DNA of 64,000 bases from a bacterium (GCA_965203325.1 OZ241875.1:2112001-2176000), one strand, 5' to 3'. Counted from the first letter of the stretch, positions 46,385-56,665 are shown. Numbers and translations are program-made. The notes: a model not told the origin generated them from the letters alone.

Positions 46385-48487
46385 TCATGCGAGCCCCCCG
46401 CTACCGCCACTCCCTGCGTCGTGCGGGGCCGACACGACCGTGAGGTTCAGGTTGCCCTGCTCGTCGCTGCGGGCGACCTGTCCAGGCAGCACGACGGTCG
46501 TCGAGTCCATCTGCTCGAGGATCGCGGGACCTTCGAGATCGACGCCCCGGGGGAGGCCCTCCCGGGCGTAGATCGGACAATCGACGAATCCGCCGAGCTC
46601 TGCAAAATGCACCCGGCGCCTCCCTCGCTCCGCCGCGCGCAGGCCGCCGCCCGTCCCGGCGGCACCCGCGACAGGGGGCGCCGTCACCCGGGCGAGGGCG
46701 GTGACGCGAAAGGTGACCAGTTGAACCGGCGCGTCCGGCGCGTAGCCGTAGACTCTTTCGTGCTCGCGCCGGAAAGCGTCGACCAGCGCCGAGAGGTCGT
46801 GGTCGGCGAATTCCCGCTCCTGAACCGTCACCGTGATCTCGTGGCTCTGTCCGACGTAGCGCATGTCGATGGCGCGTTGCACCGTGCGCTCGCCGGGCTC
46901 CACCCCCTCCCGGTCGAACCATTCGAGCGCTCGCTGTCCGACTTCCGTGAAGGTGGCGTTGATGCCGGCGGCGCCGGTTCCCTCGAGATCGGCGATCCGC
47001 GTCAGGCTGAAATCCGAGCGCACGTCGGCGACGAGGAGCCCGAGCGCGCAAAGGAGACCCGGTCCGGGCGGCACCATGACCCGGGTCATCCTCAGCTCGC
47101 GGGCGAGCGCGGAGGCGAGGAGAGGCCCCGCCCCCCCGAACGCCACCAGGGTGAAGTGCCGCGGATCGAAACCCTTCTCCACCGAGATCACGCGTATCGC
47201 CTGAACCAGGTTCTCGTTGAGGATGGTGAGCACCGCTTCGGCCGCCTCCTCGACCCCGAGCCCCATCGGGGCCGCCACCTTGTCGGCGATTGCGCGATGC
47301 GCGAGATCGGGACGGAGGCTCATGCGGCCGCCCAGCAGGGATTCGCCGGAAAGGCGGCCGAGCACGACGTTGGCGTCGGTCACGGTGGGCTCGGTTCCCC
47401 CGAGGCCGTAGCAGGCGGGGCCGGGCGCGGCGCCGGCGCTCCGGGGGCCCACGTGCACGAAGCCGCCCGTGTCCACGCGCGCGATGCTGCCCCCTCCGGC
47501 TCCCACCGAATGCACGTCGACCATCGGAAAACGGATGGGATGCCCCCGCACCTCCCGTTCCTTTGCGACGAGCGGCCGGTTGCCTTCGATGAGGCAGACG
47601 TCGGTGCTCGTTCCCCCGACGTCGAAGGTGATGACGTCCGGACACTCGGCTCTTCCGGCGAGAAAGCCCGCGCCGGTGACTCCCGCCGCCGGCCCCGACA
47701 TGAGACAGCGGCCCGCCATCGCACCCGCATCCCGAAGCGAGGCGACGCCGCCGTGGGACTGGAGGATCTTCGGGACCACGATGCCCAGGGCGCGGGACCG
47801 TTCCCCGAGGCGCTCGAGATAGCGGCTCACGACCGGGCCCAGCGATGCGTTCAGCACGGTGGTCGTGGTCCTCTCGTACTCGCGAAACTCGGCCACGACT
47901 TCGTGGGATGCGCAGGTGAACACACCGGGAAGGTGCTCGCGCACCGCGGCCGCGACGGCGGCCTCGTGGGCCGGATTGTGGTAGCTGTGCAGGAAGCAGA
48001 CGGCCACCGCCTCCACGCCTTCGCGGCGGAAGTCGTCGAGGATTCCATCGAGCGCTTCGAGGTCCGGCGGCACGTCGGAAGGCCCGAGGAGATAGGTGCG
48101 CTCCTCGATCTCGCGCCGGAGGCGGCGCGCGACGAGGGGCGGGGGTTTCGGCATCCGAATGTCGTAGTTGTGGGGTTGGCGCTGGCGGCGGATCTCCAGG
48201 ATGTCGCGAAACCCTTCCGTGGTGATGAGGCCCGTGACCGCCGTGTTCCCCGTGATGAGCGCGTTGGTGGCGACCGTCGTTCCGTGGCCGAAGTAGCGGA
48301 CGTTCCCGGCGCCGGCGGCTGCACAGTCCAATAGCTCCGGAATGCCGGCCGCAATCGCCCGGGACGGGTCGTCCGGGGTCGAGGGTGTCTTCAGAAACCA
48401 CGTCTTGCCGTCCGAGAGGCGGACGAGTGCGAAGTCGGTGAACGTCCCGCCGACGTCGACGCCGAGGACGTAACGCTCAGGCGCCAC
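46385..48487 (-). CDS. hydantoinase A / 5-oxoprolinase family subunit (second pair)
   Basis: GVDVGGTFTD, HGTTVATN, SGPAAG, DVGGTS, GPACYG, FGGAG. Confidence 0.94.
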   Translation of the reverse strand: MAPERYVLGVDVGGTFTDFALVRLSDGKTWFLKTPSTPDDPSRAIAAGIPELLDCAAAGAGNVRYFGHGTTVATNALITGNTAVTGLITTEGFRDILEIRRQRQPHNYDIRMPKPPPLVARRLRREIEERTYLLGPSDVPPDLEALDGILDDFRREGVEAVAVCFLHSYHNPAHEAAVAAAVREHLPGVFTCASHEVVAEFREYERTTTTVLNASLGPVVSRYLERLGERSRALGIVVPKILQSHGGVASLRDAGAMAGRCLMSGPAAGVTGAGFLAGRAECPDVITFDVGGTSTDVCLIEGNRPLVAKEREVRGHPIRFPMVDVHSVGAGGGSIARVDTGGFVHVGPRSAGAAPGPACYGLGGTEPTVTDANVVLGRLSGESLLGGRMSLRPDLAHRAIADKVAAPMGLGVEEAAEAVLTILNENLVQAIRVISVEKGFDPRHFTLVAFGGAGPLLASALARELRMTRVMVPPGPGLLCALGLLVADVRSDFSLTRIADLEGTGAAGINATFTEVGQRALEWFDREGVEPGERTVQRAIDMRYVGQSHEITVTVQEREFADHDLSALVDAFRREHERVYGYAPDAPVQLVTFRVTALARVTAPPVAGAAGTGGGLRAAERGRRRVHFAELGGFVDCPIYAREGLPRGVDLEGPAILEQMDSTTVVLPGQVARSDEQGNLNLTVVSAPHDAGSGGSGGLA

Positions 48488-50222
48488 GGTTCGAATCTTG
48501 GCGGGCCTCCCGCAAGGCCGCGGTCCGGGAGGCGTCGACGCTTCCGTGGACGAGCGCGACGCCGTAGCTCTGCTCCGCCGCGGGTGCGGTCACCTTGCCG
48601 GCGGCCACGTCGTCGCGCACCCTCTCCGGATCGCGTTCCCACGGGTCGCCGAAGCCGGCGCCGGACGGGGTGTCGACCCGGACCGTCGTTCCCGCGTCCA
48701 CCTCGAGCTCCGAGAACGAGCCCGGAAGCTTCGTCTCGCGGTTTCCGCCCGGGTCCAGAACGAAGACGCCGGAACACCCCGAACTTCCGCCAAACAGCCC
48801 GGACGCGCCTCGGGATTGGCGCAGTCCGCGGCCCGCGAGCCTCGCCTGCTCCGCCCAGATGGTGACGTCGCGGCGCGTCGCGAGGCCGCCGCGATGCCGT
48901 CCGGGGCCTCCCGAGTCGGCGATCAACTCGTAGCGGCCGACGGTCAGCGGGAACTCCTGCTCCACGGATTCGATGGGCAGGTTGGCCGCGCCCGAAACGT
49001 GGACCCGGACCGCGTCTTTTCCGTCGAGCGCGGAAAGCGCGCCGGACGCTCCCGCGTAGGTCTCGTAGTCGACGAAGTACTCGTTCCGGCGCGGGTCGAC
49101 GCCGCTGAAGATAAGCCCGTGGAGCGGACCGCAGCCGGCCATCACCCGGTCCGGCGCCGCGTCGGCGAGCGCGCCCAGCAGCAGGTCGCCGAGCACGTTG
49201 CCGGTCGCGCTCCGATCCCCGACGGCGGCGGGGGGGCGGCAGTTGACGACCGTGCCTTCCGGCGCGGTGACACCGATGGCGCGGAAGTACCCGGAGTTGG
49301 GCGGCAGCGCAGGGTCCGTCACCGCCTTGACCGCGTAGTAGACGCCGGACAGGGTGGCCGCGAGCGGCATGTTCCGGGCCCCTGCGATCTGCCCGTCGGT
49401 GCCCGTGAAGTCGAAGTGAATGCGATCAGTGCGAATGGTGATCTTGACGCGGAGGCGAACGACCCCGTCGGCCACGCCGTCGTTGTCGAGCACTTCTTCG
49501 TTCTCGTAGGTTCCGTCCGGCAGCCTCGCGATCTCGGCGCGCGTGCGCGACTCGGAGTAGTCGAGGAGCGCTCTCGCGCCCCGGTGCACGCTATCGGCTC
49601 CGAAGCGGGCAAAGCACTCCTGCACCCGGCGGATCCCGATGGCGTTGGTCGCGATCTGGGCCCGCAGATCGCCCTCGCGCTCGCGCGGGGTGCGCGTGTT
49701 GAGGAGCACGAACGCGAGCATGTCGGTGCACAGCTCCCCCTCGTCCAGCAGCTTGACGGGAGGGATTCGCAGCCCTTCCTGGAAGATGCTCGTGCAATCG
49801 GCGCTCTCGCTGCCCGCCACCTTGCCGCCGACGTCGGAGTGGTGGGCGATGTTGGCGACGAACGCGACCGGCCGGCCATCGAAGAAGACGGGGCTTGCGA
49901 GCGTCAGGTCCGGCAGGTGCGAGCCGCCTCCCACGTACGGATCGTTCGTCAGGAAGCCGTCGCCGGGGCGAAAGCGGTCGAGGGGGTAACGCCGGGTGAT
50001 GTTCTCTACGAGGCCGAGGAGCGAGCTCAGGTGAATGGGGGCGATGGCGGTCAGGGCGAGGAGGTTGCCCGCAGCGTCGAAGATCGCGACCGAGCAGTCA
50101 CGCCGCTCCTTGATGTTCGGGGAATACGCGGTCTTGACGAGGGTGGCCATCATCTCGTCGGCTGCGGCGGCGAAGCGGTGCGCGATGACCTCGGTGGTGA
50201 TTCGGTCGCAGCCTGGATCCAT
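48477..50222 (-). CDS. hydantoinase B / 5-oxoprolinase family subunit (second pair)
   Basis: AYSPNIKERRDCS, NDPY.GGGSHLPD, HHSDVGG, QEG, DFTGT. ATG at 50222. Confidence 0.94.
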   Translation of the reverse strand: MDPGCDRITTEVIAHRFAAAADEMMATLVKTAYSPNIKERRDCSVAIFDAAGNLLALTAIAPIHLSSLLGLVENITRRYPLDRFRPGDGFLTNDPYVGGGSHLPDLTLASPVFFDGRPVAFVANIAHHSDVGGKVAGSESADCTSIFQEGLRIPPVKLLDEGELCTDMLAFVLLNTRTPREREGDLRAQIATNAIGIRRVQECFARFGADSVHRGARALLDYSESRTRAEIARLPDGTYENEEVLDNDGVADGVVRLRVKITIRTDRIHFDFTGTDGQIAGARNMPLAATLSGVYYAVKAVTDPALPPNSGYFRAIGVTAPEGTVVNCRPPAAVGDRSATGNVLGDLLLGALADAAPDRVMAGCGPLHGLIFSGVDPRRNEYFVDYETYAGASGALSALDGKDAVRVHVSGAANLPIESVEQEFPLTVGRYELIADSGGPGRHRGGLATRRDVTIWAEQARLAGRGLRQSRGASGLFGGSSGCSGVFVLDPGGNRETKLPGSFSELEVDAGTTVRVDTPSGAGFGDPWERDPERVRDDVAAGKVTAPAAEQSYGVALVHGSVDASRTAALREARQDSNRGA

Positions 50223-50257
50223 GGGCACTCCCCGACGAGTTACTGTCAGAAGTTGTG

Positions 50258-50432
50258 TATGAGCTGAATTGAAGAAGGCGGCGCATCCTGCTGAACCAGG
50301 TTTGTCCAAAGACCGGCCATTCAGCACACAGGAGATGCTCTACCATGAGAGAAGATACGACGATTTCTTTCCCGAATCCAGCCCTACGGGACAAGTTGAG
50401 CGAACCGGTGCGCGAGGGCGCGCAACTTCTGT
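50258..50432 (+). mobile_element. degenerate IS left-end relic (probably IS256 family), copy 2
   Basis: AGGAG RBS, then MREDTTISFPNPALRDKLSEPVREGAQ from ATG 50345. Direct-orientation homolog of 46088-46280. Confidence 0.62.
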
Positions 50433-50527
50433 TTTGTGCATCTGATATCAAACCCCGCCAATCATTGAGGAGATTAGCGAGTCTTCCGATAAATTTCTGG
50501 AAATTTATAGCTTTGATATATAAGGAA

Positions 50528-51376
50528 TTATCTGGTTTTTGGCTTCGGAGCGGCAATGATGTAGGTGGGCGCCGCCCGCCCCGGAATCTCAATTGCGCCC
50601 CGCACCCACAACTGCGAACTCGAGCCGCCGTCGAGGTTCATGGCGTCACGGACGCCGAGGCCTCCCTTCGATTCGGGCAGAACGAGAAACGCCTGAAGCT
50701 CACACCAGGAGATGCCGCGCGTCTCGGCCTCGCTCACCAGAACGACCAGCCTGTCCTCGGCGTCCAAGCCGACGACCGTCCTCCTCGAGGCGCGCAGATA
50801 TTCCCGGTAGCGGGACAGCCCCGGAACAGGCTTCCCGTCCATCACCAGAAGGGGCCCCGCCTGAAACGCTTCACTGACGCCCGAATCCTCGAAATTCTCG
50901 CGGGAAACGATTTGGGGCCTCCCGTCGTTCTGCTCCACCGCGAACAGCGCACCATAGTGCAGGAACGTCTTGCGCCCACGATGCAATACAAGGCTGTTGA
51001 ACACCTTGCCGCCCGAGCGGAAATAACCCATCGGCCGGCCTTTTTCATCGTAATAGCCGGCGTTGAGAATAACGGCGGCACCCAGTTTTTCGGCGAGAGC
51101 ACCGAAGTCGACGGGTACGAACCAATCGGATTTATCGCGCCAGTGGAGCCTGATTTCAAAATCTTGATGCCGCAGTCGAACCGCCTTCATCCGCGCGGTC
51201 GTGCCGTTTTCGAACCGGATTCGAACGTCTCGCGTATCCAATGGCAGGGATTGCCGCCGCTTCCAGCGGCCATCGCCCACAGGGTGGCCCTTGAGAGGAC
51301 AATCGGACGCAGGGAACGCAGGTTGAATAGCCAGGAAAGTACCTACAATCAATATCAGCACCAGCAAACGCTTCAT
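50528..51376 (-). CDS. phosphodiester glycosidase (NAGPA/DUF2233) family secreted protein
   Basis: Signal peptide, ILNAGYY, QAGPLLV, RTVVG, AMNLDGGSSS. Confidence 0.9.
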   Translation of the reverse strand: MKRLLVLILIVGTFLAIQPAFPASDCPLKGHPVGDGRWKRRQSLPLDTRDVRIRFENGTTARMKAVRLRHQDFEIRLHWRDKSDWFVPVDFGALAEKLGAAVILNAGYYDEKGRPMGYFRSGGKVFNSLVLHRGRKTFLHYGALFAVEQNDGRPQIVSRENFEDSGVSEAFQAGPLLVMDGKPVPGLSRYREYLRASRRTVVGLDAEDRLVVLVSEAETRGISWCELQAFLVLPESKGGLGVRDAMNLDGGSSSQLWVRGAIEIPGRAAPTYIIAAPKPKTR

Positions 51377-51432
51377 GGCGAAAAGCCCCTCGACGCTGCC
51401 AACCCCCACTTCAATCTGATTGCCCGAAACGA

Positions 51433-53043
51433 CTAGAAACCGGCCGCGCATCCATCTCTCCGGTGGTCGGAACCACCCATGAATACGCCGTCATCGAGCC
51501 GGACGATTCCCTGCCCGCCGCCGAAACCCTCATAGCCGCCTGCGCGGCGGACGTCGTGGCCACGCGATTCCAACTGCCGGAGCACGTCTTCCGGCACACC
51601 GCTCTCTATCGCCACCACACGGCCGCCCAATACGCGAAAACGGGGCGCTTCGATAGCCTCCTGGATGTCCATGCCGAAATCCACCATGTTCGAGAGCACC
51701 TGCACGTGGCCCTGCGGCTGCATGTCGCCTCCCATGACGCCGAAACTCACCCAGGGCTCTCCATCCTTCATCACGAAACCGGGAATGATGGTGTGCAGGG
51801 GCCGCTTCCCGGATGCGATGCAGTTCGGATGACCTTCCTCCAGCACAAAACCGCTGCCCCTGTTCTGGAGCATGATGCCCGTCTCGCCCCCGGTGATGCC
51901 GGATCCGAAATGATGGAACAAGCTGTTGATGAATGAGCACATATTGCCCCGGGAATCCGCCACGGTCAGGTAAATCGTATCGTTCCATGTGCTGGGAACC
52001 CCGGCTCCGGGGCTGCCTGCTTTCGCTTCATCGATGAGCTTCCGTCTCTCATCGGCATATTCCGCAGAAAGGAGTTCTTTCAGGGGTACATCCGCCTTGG
52101 TCATATCGGCGACGTAACGATCTCTGTCCGCAAAGGCGAGTTTCATCGCCTCGACCACGATGTGGAGATGCTCGGCCGAACCATAACTCATCTCCCCAAA
52201 AGGGTATGCGTCGATGAGATTCAGGCATATCAGCGCCGTGACGCCCTGCCCCGAGGGGGGTATCTCACAAAGCTCATAGCCACGGTAGTTTGCGCGAATC
52301 GGCTCAACCCATTCGCATTTCGTGGCGGCGAAATCCTCGAGTTCGAACAAGCCCCCGATTTCCTTCGTGTAGCGAACAATCTCCTCGGCTATCGGACCTT
52401 CGTAGAAAGCCTCACGCCCGCCATCGGCAATCACTCGCAAGGATTCTCCCAGCTTCGGGTTCCGGAATCTCTCTCCGATCTTCGGCGAACGTCCTGTCGG
52501 CAGATAGAATCGACGCGAGTATTCGCAATCTTTCAGTTTTTCGGTCTGGTTCGCCCATGCACGACTGATGATGGGAGAGAGAGGAAACCCGTCTTCCGCA
52601 TACTGAATCGCAGGCCCCAGTAGCTCCGACATCGTTTTTTTGCCGCTGCCGCATCGCTCGTGGGCGGCGAACCAGCCATCCACCGCGCCGGGGAGGGTGC
52701 AAGAATAAATTCCCGTCTCCGGGACGGAGGAAAATTCCCGGTAGCGTGAGAGCGTGGCCTTGGCCGGACTCTTTCCGCTGCCGTTCAAGCCCAAGAGTTC
52801 CTTGGCATCGGCATCCCAATAGAGCATGAACATGTCCCCGCCGACTCCCGTGGATTGCGGCTCCACCACATTCAATGCTGCGGCTGCGGCGATCGCCGCG
52901 TCCATGGCGTTTCCGGCTTCTTTCAATATCTGGAGACCCGCTTCGGCGGCCAGGGGCTGGCTGGTCGCCACCAAGCCCCCCGTGGCGAATACGGGAGAGC
53001 GTCCTGCAGCCAAAGATGTTCTTGTGGTCGGCTCTTTCAACAT
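51433..53043 (-). CDS. ggt: gamma-glutamyltransferase
   Basis: GNAMDAA, GVGGD, DTIYL (Thr nucleophile), FGSG, QNRG, KRPLHTIIP, GVMGG.MQPQG. Confidence 0.95.
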   Translation of the reverse strand: MLKEPTTRTSLAAGRSPVFATGGLVATSQPLAAEAGLQILKEAGNAMDAAIAAAAALNVVEPQSTGVGGDMFMLYWDADAKELLGLNGSGKSPAKATLSRYREFSSVPETGIYSCTLPGAVDGWFAAHERCGSGKKTMSELLGPAIQYAEDGFPLSPIISRAWANQTEKLKDCEYSRRFYLPTGRSPKIGERFRNPKLGESLRVIADGGREAFYEGPIAEEIVRYTKEIGGLFELEDFAATKCEWVEPIRANYRGYELCEIPPSGQGVTALICLNLIDAYPFGEMSYGSAEHLHIVVEAMKLAFADRDRYVADMTKADVPLKELLSAEYADERRKLIDEAKAGSPGAGVPSTWNDTIYLTVADSRGNMCSFINSLFHHFGSGITGGETGIMLQNRGSGFVLEEGHPNCIASGKRPLHTIIPGFVMKDGEPWVSFGVMGGDMQPQGHVQVLSNMVDFGMDIQEAIEAPRFRVLGGRVVAIESGVPEDVLRQLESRGHDVRRAGGYEGFGGGQGIVRLDDGVFMGGSDHRRDGCAAGF

Positions 53044-53076
53044 CTACTCCTTCAGGAGATGCAAAAAATTATCGAA

Positions 53077-54144
53077 CTATGCGTCGCAGATTTTCGACCG
53101 TTCTCTACCGCGGAGAAAAATCATCTCTCTCACTTCCCCACCACAAAACGAGGCCAACGCATCCGGCCCGACGATGCATCTTTCCAAAATGGAATTCTCA
53201 TCGATCATCCCGCCCGGAAAAACGATGGATTCTCGCGCCACGGCATTATTCCCAAGAGTAGCACCCGCCATGATTGCAGTGAAGGGGCCCACTTTCGCAT
53301 TTTTTTGGATGACAACATCGGGGCCCATCAAGACGGGAGGCTCAATGCTGCCCTCTCCCCATTTCATGACGGAGCCTTCTATCAAGAAAAACTCCGACGG
53401 GGGCCAACTGAAATCCGGCACGAATTCACCAGACATGACGTCCGAGTGCACCTGTAAATACCGCGATGGAGTACCGACATCCATCCAATAGGAATCACTC
53501 AAAACCGCTCCGATCCGCGCGTCTTTTTTCATCAACCGGGGATAAATTTGCGTTGAAATATCCGACGCCACTCCCGCAGGGATATGACTCAACATTTCAG
53601 GAGACATGATGCTCAGACCGGTGAACATCGCCTGGTTCAGCTCGCCTTGTGGAATCCCCGGCGCGCGCGTATCTAAAAAACTTCGCAAACGTCCCGTCGC
53701 ATCAAACTCGAGCACCCCATACTCTTGAGCCTCGGACGAACGCCTGAGAATGAGAGTGGCGAGGAAATCTCCTTTCTGATGATGGTCCAATGCCGTTTTC
53801 AAATCTGCACCACACGGCGCATCCGCGTTGATGACGAAAAAAGACTCGTTTTTCTCGCACAAAAACGCCTCCGCATTCTTGATTCCGCCGGCAGTGCCCA
53901 AAATCTCAGGCTCATGAAAATAGTGAATATGGAGGCCATGCGCATAATCGCCCAGAGCGGAGCGAATTTTCTGCGCGCCATGGTGCAAATTGACTGCGGC
54001 TTCTTTCACACCGATTGCCGCCAATTTCTCCAGCGCAAAACCGATGAGCGGCACGCCACCCAAGGGTAAAAGCGGTTTGGGAATCCCCTCTCCCAACTCT
54101 CCCAATCTTTTCCCATAACCGGCCGCCATCACGAACGCCCGCAT
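53077..54144 (-). CDS. sugar-phosphate nucleotidyltransferase (mannose-1-P guanylyltransferase/MurU-like) with hexapeptide C-terminus
   Basis: MAAGYGKRL...PKPLLP, EPEILGTAGG, YWMDVGTP. Confidence 0.9.
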   Translation of the reverse strand: MRAFVMAAGYGKRLGELGEGIPKPLLPLGGVPLIGFALEKLAAIGVKEAAVNLHHGAQKIRSALGDYAHGLHIHYFHEPEILGTAGGIKNAEAFLCEKNESFFVINADAPCGADLKTALDHHQKGDFLATLILRRSSEAQEYGVLEFDATGRLRSFLDTRAPGIPQGELNQAMFTGLSIMSPEMLSHIPAGVASDISTQIYPRLMKKDARIGAVLSDSYWMDVGTPSRYLQVHSDVMSGEFVPDFSWPPSEFFLIEGSVMKWGEGSIEPPVLMGPDVVIQKNAKVGPFTAIMAGATLGNNAVARESIVFPGGMIDENSILERCIVGPDALASFCGGEVREMIFLRGRERSKICDA

Positions 54145-54249
54145 TGCACGCACCTCTCTAGTGGCCGGAAACCATGTTCCCGTTCGCCTTGAGAGCAAAA
54201 CAAAACCGGGCACTACAATCCCGCCCGGCTTGTTCAATTATCTATGTGA

Positions 54250-56580
54250 CTACTCTGCTTCGACACCTTCTTTGTGAATGGCCATGGCGACGCTTTCCGG
54301 CGTGATGGGCAGCTTGGTGAACCGATGGCCGACTGCGTCGCGTATGGCATTGGAAATCGCGGCCAACGTGGGCACCAAAGAACTCTCCCCTACACCTTTC
54401 GCGCCATAGGGCCCTGTCTCATTGGCCGCTTCCACGATAATGGTTGTGAATTCGGGTGTATCCATAGAGACGGGAATCTCGTATCGCGCCAGGTCCGGCG
54501 TAAGCACGCGGCCATCATGCACGTCAATTTCCTCGATCAAGGCCTGACCAAGCCCCATCTCGATACCCCCTTGTATCTGTCCGATTACCCCCTGGGGATT
54601 GATGGCCCGACCCACATCATGGGCGGCGACCATGCGCCTCACCCAAACTTCTCCCGTATTCGGGTCGACCGCGACGTCCGCCACCTGTACCCCATAGCTG
54701 TACACCATGAACGGCTTGCCTTCTCCGGTTTCAGGGTTGAACGTCAAGGGCCCGGTACTGAACCATCCCTGACCTGTAATCTGCTCGCCAATCAAAAGCG
54801 CTTGCGAGACCACCTCACCAAACGAGATTGAACGCTCAGGCGCGCTTTTGATGAACACTCGCCCATTTTTGAAAGCTACATCTTCGGTCGGACCTTCGAG
54901 CATCTCCGCCGCCACAGGTGACAGAATGCCCCGAACTTCCGCAATGGCTTCACATATCGCATTGCCGGGAATCGTGGTGGAGCGCGAACCTGCCGTAAAA
55001 CCACTCTCGGGAACGGCATCGGTATCCACCTGCATGATGCGCACGTCCTCAAAACGCACGCCCATGGCTTCCGCCGCTATCTGGGCGAGCACCGTGTGCG
55101 AACCCTGACCGAGTTCGATGATTCCGACACCCACCTGCACTTTACCGTCATCGGTGACATGAATCTGCGCGCCGCAGGAATCCGAGGGCGATGCGGCGCC
55201 CGTGGAATACCAAAACCCCGCCATACCGCGGCCATGCAACAAGCCATCGCCGTTTGCATTTTCTCTCGGGTGTGGCCCAAGCGCTTTTTCCGCTTTATCG
55301 AGACAATCCATGTACCCCACACTCTGGTCCAACACCTGGCGGGTTGCAGTCGAAGAACCGAGTTTGTAGCCGTTCAATCTCCTCAGTTCGAAGGGGTCCA
55401 TTCCAAGCGAGAGCGCCAATTCATCCATCTGGCTCTCAATCGCGAAATGAACCTGGGGAACGCCCAAACCGCGCATGGCGCAGGTATTGATGTTGTTCGT
55501 GAGCACAAGATAGCCGTCAGCCCAGACGTTATCGCATTCATACGCACCAGAGGAATGGATAATCAGCTTTTTGATGATGCCGGGTCCTACCGCAGCGTAC
55601 GGACCTTTGTTGAGATAAATATGGATGCGCATGGCGGTGATTTTGCCGTTTTTCCTGGCGCCGATTTTATGTTGGATCACCGCAGGTACTCGTTTCGCCT
55701 TCCCGCCGAGGGACTCTTCCCTCGTGTAGTTGTAGATAGCGGGACGCTGTGTCTTGAGCGCGACCAAGCCCGCCCGCATGGCAATTTCGATGGAGGTTTC
55801 TTCTTTTCCACCGAAACCGCCACCCGGTGGCGTTGAGATGAATTGAATCTCGTTTTGTCCCAAACCCAGCACCGGAGCGATAACGCGCCTTACCATATGC
55901 GGACATTGGGTGGGCCCCGTGCAAGTGATGGAGCCATCGGGGTTGGGAACCACATAACCCGCATCTGGTTCGAGATAGGCGTGATCGATGAACTGCGTTT
56001 CGTACGTATTCTCCAGAATCACGTCCGCCTCGGCGAAACCCTCTTCCACATCTCCTTTTCGAATTTTCAAGTGAGTGAGCACATTGCCTTTGGCCACCGG
56101 ATGGTCCGGCTGAACAACAGGGGCATCATCTTTCAAGGCGTCTTGTGTTTCAAAAACAGCAGGAAGCGCTTTGGCCTTGGTTTTCACCAACCCGGCCGCA
56201 AACTCCGCCTGCTCCAACGTGTCCGCCGCCACAATGGCCACCACATCCTGAAGTGAATAGATGCGCTTTTCCACCAAAGCCGGCTGATCGGGCATCAACA
56301 TGCCGTAGAGTTTCTGGCCAGGAATGTCCTTTGCGGTCAGGACACAGGCAACGCCCGGCGCATTTTCCGCCTCGGTCGTATCGACCCGCTCCAGCGTTCC
56401 ACAAGCGATGGGCGCCGTCACGGGAACAACATACAGCGGATTGACCAGTTTGTGGTCCGCAGCGAATACGGGCGAACCATCCGCCTTGGGAGGACCATCT
56501 ACCCGGGGCATGTCGGCGCCGATGAGATCCCCGTCATCATCAGGTCCGCCGAACATCTCTTGATAAAAACGTTCCGACAT
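54250..56580 (-). CDS. xanthine dehydrogenase family molybdopterin-binding large subunit
   Basis: HAYLEP, GGGFGGK, AMRGLG.PQ, ELGQG, GSRST, DVGRAINP, GAKGVGE. Confidence 0.94.
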   Translation of the reverse strand: MSERFYQEMFGGPDDDGDLIGADMPRVDGPPKADGSPVFAADHKLVNPLYVVPVTAPIACGTLERVDTTEAENAPGVACVLTAKDIPGQKLYGMLMPDQPALVEKRIYSLQDVVAIVAADTLEQAEFAAGLVKTKAKALPAVFETQDALKDDAPVVQPDHPVAKGNVLTHLKIRKGDVEEGFAEADVILENTYETQFIDHAYLEPDAGYVVPNPDGSITCTGPTQCPHMVRRVIAPVLGLGQNEIQFISTPPGGGFGGKEETSIEIAMRAGLVALKTQRPAIYNYTREESLGGKAKRVPAVIQHKIGARKNGKITAMRIHIYLNKGPYAAVGPGIIKKLIIHSSGAYECDNVWADGYLVLTNNINTCAMRGLGVPQVHFAIESQMDELALSLGMDPFELRRLNGYKLGSSTATRQVLDQSVGYMDCLDKAEKALGPHPRENANGDGLLHGRGMAGFWYSTGAASPSDSCGAQIHVTDDGKVQVGVGIIELGQGSHTVLAQIAAEAMGVRFEDVRIMQVDTDAVPESGFTAGSRSTTIPGNAICEAIAEVRGILSPVAAEMLEGPTEDVAFKNGRVFIKSAPERSISFGEVVSQALLIGEQITGQGWFSTGPLTFNPETGEGKPFMVYSYGVQVADVAVDPNTGEVWVRRMVAAHDVGRAINPQGVIGQIQGGIEMGLGQALIEEIDVHDGRVLTPDLARYEIPVSMDTPEFTTIIVEAANETGPYGAKGVGESSLVPTLAAISNAIRDAVGHRFTKLPITPESVAMAIHKEGVEAE

Positions 56581-56665
56581 TACAAACCTCCGCTCACAAA
56601 AGACTCATGCTTTTCGATATGATTGAATTGATTTGCAAGATTGCAAAGAAACAGTCGCCAATCGC

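Noticed and set aside
45096..50568. DGR template/variable repeat pair (near-identical copy of a gene 3' end)
   Set aside because: Mismatches are mixed (mostly transitions) rather than adenine-specific, half the repeat is non-coding, and there is no reverse transcriptase in the window.
50345..51436. 363-aa plus-strand ORF as an intact transposase
   Set aside because: Only the first ~28 residues look transposase-like. The remainder is antisense to the glycosidase gene with no DDE motifs.
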